IMG/VR virus record: IMGVR_UViG_3300028591_000098
Location: 32,001-96,000 of that record
Origin: a virus
Lineage: Duplodnaviria > Caudoviricetes
Length of the DNA: 64,000 nucleotides
Direction: 5' to 3' (one strand)
The translations under genes and the position numbers were made by a program. Below the pieces are notes generated by a model. That model ran no database searches and had not been told where the DNA came from. It saw only the letters and a program-made list of their open reading frames with translations. Positions 20,272-29,151 of the stretch are shown one piece after another. Position 1 is the stretch's first letter. Each line of letters opens with the position of its first letter.

Positions 20272-20932
20272 AATTTCTAAATATATCTAAAATATTTAAT
20301 AATCTATTATATATTTTTATTTTTTCTGGTATTATATTTTCAATATACTTTACATAATTCCATGTTGTACTATCTGCCGGATCTGCTGCGTCTTTATATG
20401 AATACCAAACTTTATATAATTTATCATCTTTGATTTTTTCTTCTATACCTTCGGGATAAATCCAATAAGTAGGATCACTATATCTTGGTTCTTCGGTATG
20501 CAAATATTTTCCTAAAGATATTTTTACTCTCCAGTTTAAATCATCTGGTTTATTCATTAATGATGATTGTTTAATATTTACAAGCTTAATGGAATATTTT
20601 TCAACCTTATCAAGTAATTCATTCAATTCATTATGTAATTCATCAACAGTAAAATCTCTTTCTTCACCAAGCACACCATCTGTTACATCAATTGAATTTT
20701 CATCTTCATCATATATTTCAGCTTTAATTGGATCTATAACATGAGTATGGTCTCCCCAATGTCGCATTGAATCATCCATGGCATCTGTACATTCATCAAT
20801 ATAACTTTGTATACGTTCTTTAAGTGTATCGCCTTCTCCCATACTTGTATGAGAATTACAAATTACATCAAAAGTAATTCGTACAGGAAAATCATCTTTA
20901 CATTGTATTTTATTTAATATTTCTTTATTCAT
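20237..20932 (-). CDS. hypothetical protein
   Basis: intact ORF. Confidence 0.6.
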   Translation of the reverse strand: MNKEILNKIQCKDDFPVRITFDVICNSHTSMGEGDTLKERIQSYIDECTDAMDDSMRHWGDHTHVIDPIKAEIYDEDENSIDVTDGVLGEERDFTVDELHNELNELLDKVEKYSIKLVNIKQSSLMNKPDDLNWRVKISLGKYLHTEEPRYSDPTYWIYPEGIEEKIKDDKLYKVWYSYKDAADPADSTTWNYVKYIENIIPEKIKIYNRLLNILDIFRNYENIIGKYNKC

Positions 20933-20950
20933 AATATATATTGTTTAATT

Positions 20951-21604
20951 TTATGATGGTTCATATTCTCCATCGTTTTTAATAGCTTCCTCTCTTATAA
21001 GCTCAAAAGTGGCTTTACTCATTGGTCTATAAATTTCATAATCACCACCACAAGATGTATCAATATAGAAATTACCATCTTTTCCGAGCATAAACATATT
21101 TTCACTATTAATGTTCATATCAGTTTGCTTAGTTAAACACCAACGTTTATATTTATCATCTGAATGTTTTCCATAAGCTGTTTCTTGAAGCCAAATATAA
21201 TCTTGTTGATGCCAAGTATCATTATTATATTTTATATATTTCTCATACAAGAAATTATCTACATGATGATCACTTTCATAATAAGTACTATCATAGTCAT
21301 CCCTGATTCCGACAACTTTCATAGCAACTGTTTGCTTTTTATTTATAAAACATTCACCAATCAATTTTTTATAGTCTTCTTCAGTTGCTTCAAAATATTT
21401 ATCTTGTCTTTGATAACAATAATCATCAATACATTCAAATTTACCAAGTTTAGATTTAAGAGTATATCCAACACCTATTGGTAAATGCTCTAAAATATAT
21501 TGTAAATTTGATAATTCAGTTACAGGAATATCATCTAAATCTTTATCTTGCCACTCATATAATTGATCTAGCAATGTTTCATCTCTATCTTTGAAATAAG
21601 CCAT
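20951..21604 (-). CDS. hypothetical protein
   Basis: intact ORF. Confidence 0.6.
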   Translation of the reverse strand: MAYFKDRDETLLDQLYEWQDKDLDDIPVTELSNLQYILEHLPIGVGYTLKSKLGKFECIDDYCYQRQDKYFEATEEDYKKLIGECFINKKQTVAMKVVGIRDDYDSTYYESDHHVDNFLYEKYIKYNNDTWHQQDYIWLQETAYGKHSDDKYKRWCLTKQTDMNINSENMFMLGKDGNFYIDTSCGGDYEIYRPMSKATFELIREEAIKNDGEYEPS

Positions 21605-21687
21605 TTTTAAAAAATTATTTATTTATTTATGATAATCTTCAATATATTTAATATCTTTATAATTATCAATTGTTATCTTCATATACT

Positions 21688-21993
21688 TTAAGAATTTGAT
21701 TCATCTTCAAAAAATATATCATCAACTTGAATTATTCCATTACATAATTGTAATGTTTCTTCATCTTTCCAAGCTTTAATTTTAAATACAATCATTTGTT
21801 TGTTTCTGGTTCTAATCAAATCTTCTGGTTGAATATTTAATGATGAATCTTTTTGATTAACCCAATTAATTATATCTTTCATAATTTCACCCATTCTTGA
21901 AATCGCTTTATCTTTAGAATGATAATAAAATGGACCCCAAGTAAGCATTTCTTCATTAGGATAAATTATATTTCCTTCAACTTTATAATACAT
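21688..21993 (-). CDS. hypothetical protein
   Basis: intact ORF. Confidence 0.55.
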   Translation of the reverse strand: MYYKVEGNIIYPNEEMLTWGPFYYHSKDKAISRMGEIMKDIINWVNQKDSSLNIQPEDLIRTRNKQMIVFKIKAWKDEETLQLCNGIIQVDDIFFEDESNS

Positions 21994-21998
21994 AATAT

Positions 21999-22445
21999 CT
22001 AATTAAAAATGTTCCAAATATTAGAAAACCTAAGTTTTCTATGTTTATTTTTATTTTTCGTATCATCTTTTTTAGGAAGAACTTCATGATATCTTTTAGG
22101 TAGATTTTCAATAGAATATAATGAAATGTAATATTCACCTGGTTCTACTTTATCACGAATTTCATAATATCTTTGAGAAAAACCATTTGATGGTACTCCA
22201 CAAATAGTTCCTTGAATTGTTTTATTACATTCAACCAAAGCTGGAATAGCCATTGGATATTCAGCCATTTGCCAAACTGCCTTTGTCATATCTTCTGGAA
22301 CCAATTTGACACGATATTCAAATTTCTCAAAATTCCAAATAGGATTAATGTCATCTTGCCATTTTTTTGATTCTATAGGTTTGGATTCTATTCTATAACC
22401 TTCTTTATAAGCAGTTATTACATGTAAAATTTCTTTTTCTGTCAT
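21999..22445 (-). CDS. conserved phage hypothetical protein
   Basis: AYKEG..IE...W....P.WNF...EYRVK motif common in phages. Confidence 0.6.
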   Translation of the reverse strand: MTEKEILHVITAYKEGYRIESKPIESKKWQDDINPIWNFEKFEYRVKLVPEDMTKAVWQMAEYPMAIPALVECNKTIQGTICGVPSNGFSQRYYEIRDKVEPGEYYISLYSIENLPKRYHEVLPKKDDTKNKNKHRKLRFSNIWNIFN

Positions 22446-22476
22446 ATTATTTCTTAAATTTTTTGCATTATATTAT

Positions 22477-22908
22477 TTATTGATGAATATTTTTATATTT
22501 GAATGTTATATCATAAGCTGTATTACAATTCATATAAAGAAATACATATAAAATATCTTTCCAATCCTCTTCTTCATAATGTTTAACGCAAAACTTTAAA
22601 TCCTTATCAAGACATGCATATGCCATTCCCTTTGTCATATAATCTTTATAAAAATCTTCTATTATATGTATTGGAAATATTCCACCATTTTTAATTGTGG
22701 TTTTAAGTTCTGTGATTTGTCTACTAATAATTTCAAGAATATTTTCAGGACTAATATCACTTACACCAAAATCTTTATTTTTACTACTATAAGGACTTAA
22801 CATAACACTTAATAACACATTTGCCTGACCAAGTCCACCACCAGCATAAAGATTATTTTTTATATCTTCAATACGGTTTTTCCAATCTTTATTTTTTAAA
22901 TCTTCCAT
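22477..22908 (-). CDS. hypothetical protein
   Basis: intact ORF. Confidence 0.55.
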   Translation of the reverse strand: MEDLKNKDWKNRIEDIKNNLYAGGGLGQANVLLSVMLSPYSSKNKDFGVSDISPENILEIISRQITELKTTIKNGGIFPIHIIEDFYKDYMTKGMAYACLDKDLKFCVKHYEEEDWKDILYVFLYMNCNTAYDITFKYKNIHQ

Positions 22909-23095
22909 AATTAAATTATATTAACTGAATGAAACTAATTATTATTTCTTTTTAGCCCAATCACATCTTAAAAATTGATTACATTTATTTTGTCCAGATT
23001 CTATTTTCTTTCCTTCATGCCAATAACAAGTAGGATTTTCAATCTTATGATATATTTCTCTACCCCAGAAGCAAACATCACAAGTACCAGGCTCT

Positions 23096-23779
23096 TTATA
23101 CTTCTTCATAATATTTAATTTTCATCAATTCTGCTTTCTTCCAATTTTTTGTCCAATGTTCGTCAGTGGTAACATGATTAGGTCGTACCCACTTACAAAC
23201 ATAATTTGGAAAATATTTATCTTCAAAAGCTTTAGTTACTCTTATAACTACACCTTCTCGTTGTGGACCAAATAAAGATGGTTCACTAGTAAATTTTTCA
23301 ACAAGATTTTTAAGTTGTTCTTCTGACTCTATCTTTCCACTCCAAAGTTCTGGTACAGTTGGTACATTAAGAATCTCGGCAAATTCTTTTATATAATCCC
23401 AACTCATCCACCAATTAATATCTGATTCATATCCGGCAAACATAAACCAATATGCAGGCAACTTATCATAATGAATAGAATGTTCACCATACAAGTTTTC
23501 CCCAAATATAATCTCTTCTTCACCTATAAATTTTTTTATTCTCCAATATAAACCATCAGAAGGATCCCATAAATTACGAGACCATGGAGAACGTGTAGGT
23601 GCCCCATGTGAACGTGCATAAACATCTTGTGAAGTAAATGCACTATTTTCACCATCTAACTTTTCTGTTATGACAATTTCTTCGCCTTTAAAATAGTTAA
23701 ACCAATTACCCTGAAGCTTCTTATCATCTTTGGTAGCTCCAGGTGAATATGGTAAATGATATGTTCTTGGGTATTTCAT
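23096..23779 (-). CDS. ATP-dependent RNA ligase family protein
   Basis: KYPRTYHLPYSPG, motif I TEKLDGEN, FGENL, EGVVIR, KWVR. Confidence 0.85.
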   Translation of the reverse strand: MKYPRTYHLPYSPGATKDDKKLQGNWFNYFKGEEIVITEKLDGENSAFTSQDVYARSHGAPTRSPWSRNLWDPSDGLYWRIKKFIGEEEIIFGENLYGEHSIHYDKLPAYWFMFAGYESDINWWMSWDYIKEFAEILNVPTVPELWSGKIESEEQLKNLVEKFTSEPSLFGPQREGVVIRVTKAFEDKYFPNYVCKWVRPNHVTTDEHWTKNWKKAELMKIKYYEEV

Positions 23780-24270
23780 TTCTTAACCTTCTTTAATTTA
23801 ATTGTACTTGCATTTTGTATTTGTTGTTTCATCTCACCATCTTTATTAGGTGCATAACAAGAAGATTTACCTGTTATAACCTTCATACCTTTAAGATCCG
23901 GAAACATTTTATAAAATCTTTTCCATGCAGATTTTCTCTTAAGTTTAGGAACTCGTAATGCGGAACAATTGGCCCACCCTTCACCTTTACCAACAAAACT
24001 TAAATCATTATCCTTTTGCGGCCGAGGTTTTTTATAACTGTATGAATGACGCTGAACATAATAATCAATATTCTTTAATTTATCTTGTGCATATGCTAAT
24101 TTATCTTTAACTCTTTTCTCATCATTACAATTTTCAAGGCAACCTACTTTAAAATAACTGCGATGACCATTAAGCCAATTTTGACAATGCTTTACTTCAC
24201 ATTCCCAATTATCTTTAAACCACTTTCGATAAGCCTCATTATATTCTTCTATGGAATTAAACTTCTTCAT
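23776..24270 (-). CDS. hypothetical protein
   Basis: ATG at 24270 (MKKFNS); ATGA overlap with the RNA ligase. Confidence 0.55.
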   Translation of the reverse strand: MKKFNSIEEYNEAYRKWFKDNWECEVKHCQNWLNGHRSYFKVGCLENCNDEKRVKDKLAYAQDKLKNIDYYVQRHSYSYKKPRPQKDNDLSFVGKGEGWANCSALRVPKLKRKSAWKRFYKMFPDLKGMKVITGKSSCYAPNKDGEMKQQIQNASTIKLKKVKK

Positions 24271-24432
24271 TATCTTTTTTGATGGTTTTATAATTAATCC
24301 AACATATAATATAACACACAACACAAATCATACTATCTTGAAAATTTATATATGTTGGATCATTTATTGTACAACTAACAGAAATAATAGATAATATACA
24401 AACTATAATAAATATTAATTTACATGCCCAAA

Positions 24433-24909
24433 TCATCTTTTCTTATTCTTTCTATAATTAATCAACCATTTACGATAATCTTTGTTATTAAAGATACCTA
24501 CATGCTCACGGTTTGAAAGTTCATTTTTAAGATCTTGAATTTTTCCTTCCCAATACATTCCTTCAAATCTAAAACTTATTTCATCACCAAATTGCCATTC
24601 ATTATATCCATAATAATATCCATCCTCATCCCAATGAGCATCTTGTTTACTTTTAATAGTTGTAAACTTTTTATGGCATTCTTCTCCAGTTGATTTTGTA
24701 TATCCTAAGCATACAGGATCATAGATTACTCCATCTTTTTCAAATGGTCCATAAAAAGGAATCCAATATTCTGTCCTTTTAGTATTCCGATTATAAACTT
24801 CTTTATACTTCCAGTGATCAGTATAACAAAGTCTATTCTTACGATAGAAATGTAAAATTACTTCTGTTGGAAATTTACTTAATGGTGTTATAATTATATT
24901 TCGTTCCAT
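24433..24909 (-). CDS. hypothetical protein
   Basis: intact ORF. Confidence 0.55.
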   Translation of the reverse strand: MERNIIITPLSKFPTEVILHFYRKNRLCYTDHWKYKEVYNRNTKRTEYWIPFYGPFEKDGVIYDPVCLGYTKSTGEECHKKFTTIKSKQDAHWDEDGYYYGYNEWQFGDEISFRFEGMYWEGKIQDLKNELSNREHVGIFNNKDYRKWLINYRKNKKR

Positions 24910-24978
24910 ATTAATAAAAAATATCTATACTATAAACTTCATATTTATAATATAGACATTTTTATATGTTATTTAAAA

Positions 24979-25356
24979 TTATATTAAATTAAATTCATAA
25001 TGCACCCAATATTCTGTATCTTCTGGTTCACTTGAATTACATTTAGATTGAAAATCTAAATCCGATTTTATCAAAAAATATTTTTCCCTCCACCCCAATA
25101 ATTCTTTTTGATTTTTAATTTTATCTCGAACTATATAGAATGTAATATGATGTTCAAGCTTTTCAACAATTACATAAGGAGGTATTGGAAAACCATATTT
25201 AAGAAAAATGGTTCTAATTGAAGCATCAACTTGTACATAAAACCAATTTTCTTTATTAAATGGAATCTCTATTAATTCAAATTTGGATTTATCTTCATTA
25301 TATTCTTTCAAAAAATATTTGGTTTGTTTACCTAAATTTGTTTTCATGACATCCAA
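24979..25356 (-). CDS. hypothetical protein
   Basis: intact ORF. Confidence 0.5.
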   Translation of the reverse strand: MDVMKTNLGKQTKYFLKEYNEDKSKFELIEIPFNKENWFYVQVDASIRTIFLKYGFPIPPYVIVEKLEHHITFYIVRDKIKNQKELLGWREKYFLIKSDLDFQSKCNSSEPEDTEYWVHYEFNLI

Positions 25357-25496
25357 TTTTTTAAAAATACATTTTGTTCTCTTAAAAGTTCTTGCATATT
25401 ACATTCAATACCATTTGATTCATAATACTCAATTTGTTTACCGAATCTTTTATATAAAGCTTCCATTTGATTTTTATTCATAATTTATATATCTTA

Positions 25497-25682
25497 TCAT
25501 TTATAGTTTTCATCATGATAAAAATCATAATATATTGCGCATTCTTTTAATCCTAAATTTGTATGAGTTTTTATATATTTAAGTGCTGCAGGTTTTAATA
25601 ATGATTTCATTTCATTAAATTGCTCTTCTGTCAATAAATCTTTTTTATACCCATCACGAATTAATTCTTCTATATCTTCCAT
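25497..25682 (-). CDS. small protein with ribosomal bL12 C-terminal-domain-like motif
   Basis: AALKYIKTHTNLGLKECAIYYD resembles bL12 IK.VRE.TGLGLKEAK..VD. Confidence 0.5.
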   Translation of the reverse strand: MEDIEELIRDGYKKDLLTEEQFNEMKSLLKPAALKYIKTHTNLGLKECAIYYDFYHDENYK

Positions 25683-25684
25683 AT

Positions 25685-26065
25685 TTATTCTCCCCACTTA
25701 TTTATTATTCCAGCTTCCATAGCTAATGTATAAAAATCATAATTTGGATATTTTTTATCTTCATATTTTTCAATTAGTTTATCAGGTATTCTTATGTCAT
25801 GAAGATTTATACCCATATAATCTATACATTGTATTGGTGTTATTCTTCCTTGTTCAGCATCTAAATGATGTTTAGAACAAAGAGCAGCCCCATTTGAAAG
25901 ATAATAACCTCCATCATTCCAAAGCTTACGATCCATTATATGATGTGCATCTACAGCATCACAATCACATCCAGGAACACAACATTTCCCATTTGTCTTA
26001 GCAAATACTTGTTTCTTGAATTCTTCTCTAGTTAATAAAATATCTTTATTATTGGTTTTCATCAT
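25685..26065 (-). CDS. HNH endonuclease-like protein
   Basis: CCVPGC..DAHHI...NGAALCSKHH. Confidence 0.7.
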   Translation of the reverse strand: MMKTNNKDILLTREEFKKQVFAKTNGKCCVPGCDCDAVDAHHIMDRKLWNDGGYYLSNGAALCSKHHLDAEQGRITPIQCIDYMGINLHDIRIPDKLIEKYEDKKYPNYDFYTLAMEAGIINKWGE

Positions 26066-26137
26066 ACTTAATTATTTTATATCCAGAATAATATATTAAA
26101 CCCGCAAAAATTAAACCAATAACCAAATAGATTTCAT

Positions 26138-26353
26138 CTACCATAATCCACTTTCCTTTTTAACCTTTTCAATCATATCCAAAAATGCTACAGTTTCAAT
26201 AAATCCACCAATTGTCCCACCACGATTTAGTGTATCATACATTTCACCAAATTCTTTACCAGCATCTTCTCCAAATTCCTTTGTGCATGCATCAATACAA
26301 GCTTGACGCAAATCAAAATGCTTACGTTTCCACCATTTAATTATTATATTCAT
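26138..26353 (-). CDS. hypothetical protein
   Basis: intact ORF. Confidence 0.55.
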   Translation of the reverse strand: MNIIIKWWKRKHFDLRQACIDACTKEFGEDAGKEFGEMYDTLNRGGTIGGFIETVAFLDMIEKVKKESGLW

Positions 26354-26358
26354 TGTTA

Positions 26359-26601
26359 CTAAATTATATTCTTAAATCTTCTAATCATTTTATTTTTTGA
26401 ACGATCATAATGTACATCTACCCAATAACCTCTCCCAGTAACAGAATTAATATAAGACTTCTGAATAAAATACAAAGGATAATTATGACAACTTAATTTA
26501 GTTTCAATAAGTCTTCGACCTTCTTCTTCTAAAATTACTGTAACTGGTCCATCCCCATCTCCTAACATCCAATCTTTACGACCAGTAATATTTTCATTCA
26601 T
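26359..26601 (-). CDS. hypothetical protein
   Basis: intact ORF. Confidence 0.55.
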   Translation of the reverse strand: MNENITGRKDWMLGDGDGPVTVILEEEGRRLIETKLSCHNYPLYFIQKSYINSVTGRGYWVDVHYDRSKNKMIRRFKNII

Positions 26602-26643
26602 AAATTTTTCTTTTAATTATATATAGAAATTATTTTAGAATAT

Positions 26644-27075
26644 TTAATTTTCACACAAGTCTAAACTTATCAATTTAACATTTTTTATAGTATATATTGG
26701 GTTGCCATTTTCATCTATTTTTTGATTACCTTCTTCATCTAAAACTGGTTCTCTATCACCTAACATACGTGGATTCAATTTAAATTCGTAACCTTTATCC
26801 ATAAGTTCTTTAACTACTTTACCTTTAGGAGTATCTAATAATTCAATTTTACCATATACTTGATTATTTTCAATCCAAATATTTTCCACCTTCCCAGCCG
26901 CATTAATTAAATTATTACTTAAAAAATTTTCATAATCTGGATGAAGTTCACATATTTTATTACCTTCTTTATTAAATTTTTCTATAGCTTTTTTCATCAT
27001 ATTAGAATCATAAATTCTTCCATTATGATTAGGATGATTAAGCTCTCCCATAATACATCTTAAATCTAATTCCAT
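26644..27075 (-). CDS. prohead protease (T4 gp21-like) paralog, probably inactive
   Basis: NHNGRIY, ELHP, VYGKIELLDTPKG motifs; catalytic SSRG.G replaced by NPRMLG. Confidence 0.7.
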   Translation of the reverse strand: MELDLRCIMGELNHPNHNGRIYDSNMMKKAIEKFNKEGNKICELHPDYENFLSNNLINAAGKVENIWIENNQVYGKIELLDTPKGKVVKELMDKGYEFKLNPRMLGDREPVLDEEGNQKIDENGNPIYTIKNVKLISLDLCEN

Positions 27076-27105
27076 AATTATTTTAAATCTTTTAATAACA
27101 TTTAT

Positions 27106-27435
27106 CTAATTACATATTAAGTTATATAAATAATCTTGTATAGGTCCTTGGAAAATATCAAAATTATTATCCTTTAAGAACTTTTCAAACTTATCTTTAA
27201 AAATTCTTGGATCCTCATGAGTATTTTTGTATTCTATTACCTTTGGATCATTTTCATCTAAACAATTATAATCCTCTATACAAGCATATTTGCCAATATG
27301 AAGCATATTAAAGTTAACTGTTTCACCTAAATGATTTTCATATGATCTTGGTTCTACTTTTGTTACAATAGCTTCACCTACACTATTATCAACATAATAC
27401 TCAAAAAATATTCTATCACCTGCTTTGTAATTCAT
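27106..27435 (-). CDS. hypothetical protein
   Basis: intact ORF. Confidence 0.55.
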   Translation of the reverse strand: MNYKAGDRIFFEYYVDNSVGEAIVTKVEPRSYENHLGETVNFNMLHIGKYACIEDYNCLDENDPKVIEYKNTHEDPRIFKDKFEKFLKDNNFDIFQGPIQDYLYNLICN

Positions 27436-27619
27436 ATTTACTCAATTTTTTTATTTCTTTTTGACCAATTTTGGTTATTTTTCTAATTGTATTTGGGTTA
27501 TAAAAATAAAAAAAGTTATTCTTAAGTGAATGTATCATCGCATCATTCCACATACACTCATAAGAATTCAAATATATTTTGTTAGCTAATTTTAAAGCTT
27601 CATGTTGTTCTATATTCAT
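27416..27619 (-). CDS. hypothetical protein
   Basis: intact ORF. Confidence 0.45.
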   Translation of the reverse strand: MNIEQHEALKLANKIYLNSYECMWNDAMIHSLKNNFFYFYNPNTIRKITKIGQKEIKKLSKYELQSR

Positions 27620-27622
27620 AAT

Positions 27623-27826
27623 TTATCCCGGTAATCTTACATCTTTATTATATTCCCAATCATAGTCATCATCTGGAAATATTTCTTTGGTATATGCACC
27701 AAATGCACAACCACTATTTTCATTACAAGGAAATCCTATAATTTCTGTACCTGCATTACATTTAACTTCATTATCATCAATAGATAAATTATAATGACAT
27801 TCTTTACATTTGATAAATCTATTCAT
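27623..27826 (-). CDS. small Cys-rich hypothetical protein
   Basis: CKECH..C..C..C. Confidence 0.5.
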   Translation of the reverse strand: MNRFIKCKECHYNLSIDDNEVKCNAGTEIIGFPCNENSGCAFGAYTKEIFPDDDYDWEYNKDVRLPG

Positions 27827-27865
27827 ATATTATATAACCTTTCATAATTTAATATTTTCATGATT

Positions 27866-28162
27866 TCATATTGTTATTTCTTCACATATCGGAAAACATG
27901 ATTTAATATCTTCTATTGTGAAATCTTTTATATTCATATAAAAGAAATGTTCATAATCATTTTCAACCATCAATGGATAAATTACATTATTAACATATTG
28001 TTCTTGTTTGCTATTCATTAATTGATAATTTATAATATAAATATATCCTCTATAAAAGTTATTTTTATATTTATGCCTCTTTTGTAAAACTACAAATTTA
28101 AGATTTATACTATCAAATAGATTGGTTAATTTATTTATAAGTTTTGTGTTTGATAACTTCAT
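27866..28162 (-). CDS. hypothetical protein
   Basis: intact ORF. Confidence 0.5.
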   Translation of the reverse strand: MKLSNTKLINKLTNLFDSINLKFVVLQKRHKYKNNFYRGYIYIINYQLMNSKQEQYVNNVIYPLMVENDYEHFFYMNIKDFTIEDIKSCFPICEEITI

Positions 28163-28178
28163 AATTATAACATATTTT

Positions 28179-29006
28179 TTATAATTTTGATAGTAATGTT
28201 ATAATTGTAATTGATTTTGGAACAAAATTTGATATTACTCCATTAATACATTGACTGATTGTTTCTCCAGAAGATATTGTGTCATCTAAAATCAATATAT
28301 CTTTACCATCAATTTTTGATCTTATATCTTCATCATACTCAGTACTTATATATTTTATATATTTTAAATATTTTTTATTCATCATTTTTACCTCAAATGA
28401 TGTCCCTTTCATTCTTCTAAAACTACGATGAATTTCGGCAATCACTTTATTAAATTCATTTGGGTAATCTTTTTGTATTTGTTCTTTATCAATTAAATCA
28501 TCATCAATAATTTCTTCAATAGATAATTTAACAAAAAATTCATTTAATATGTCTTTAGACTTTATTTGATCCGAAATGATTTTCATGAATTTTTCATTAA
28601 TATCACTTGTTGATGGTGTTACGATGATAGTATCATATTGTGAATTTATCTTTTTACAAATACTTAAAAATCTTTTAATATACTTATAAATTTCTTCATT
28701 CGTTATATTAAATTTCCATCCATATTTATTCTTTAATGCATATATAAAAGGATTTCCATCTCTTTGTTGATTATCTATATCATATAACTTTGTTCTCTTA
28801 AATATTGATATGACATCATATTCTTTATATTTTGAATATACCGGATTATTTACTAATGAAAAGTCAATACCATGATTATGTGTATCTGTCAATGATACTG
28901 TTTTAGATATTGGATCAATATTTAAGCCCTCAACAATATATGAATCAAGTTCATTTATGTCAGTACTATTAAATGATTCTTTTATTATTTGTGAAAGTGA
29001 TTTCAT
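28179..29006 (-). CDS. type I phosphoribosyltransferase-fold protein with capsid-targeting-like leader
   Basis: MKSLSQIIKE|S leader; PRPP-binding loop ILILDDTISSGETI; DGNPFIYALK. Confidence 0.75.
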   Translation of the reverse strand: MKSLSQIIKESFNSTDINELDSYIVEGLNIDPISKTVSLTDTHNHGIDFSLVNNPVYSKYKEYDVISIFKRTKLYDIDNQQRDGNPFIYALKNKYGWKFNITNEEIYKYIKRFLSICKKINSQYDTIIVTPSTSDINEKFMKIISDQIKSKDILNEFFVKLSIEEIIDDDLIDKEQIQKDYPNEFNKVIAEIHRSFRRMKGTSFEVKMMNKKYLKYIKYISTEYDEDIRSKIDGKDILILDDTISSGETISQCINGVISNFVPKSITIITLLSKL

Positions 29007-29051
29007 GTTATTAATAATATAATATTAAATTTTATATTAAAATAGTAACAA

Positions 29052-29077
29052 ATGGTAGAGAAATCAATCTCCACCAT
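29052..29077 (-). terminator. intrinsic terminator of rtcB
   Basis: minus-strand RNA AUGGUGGAGA-UUGAUU-UCUCUACCAU followed by UUGUU. Confidence 0.55.
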
Positions 29078-29151
29078 CTGCTGCCTTAATTTTAATCTTT
29101 TATTAAAGATATACATCAATCGCCTCCGTCGGCGGCCTTGATGTTAATCTT
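29064..29151 (-). repeat. duplicated rtcB 3' end (two 36-bp copies)
   Basis: 29064-29099 encodes KIKIKAADGGD*, 29116-29151 encodes KINIKAADGGD*; 7 differences, all at third codon positions. Confidence 0.85.
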
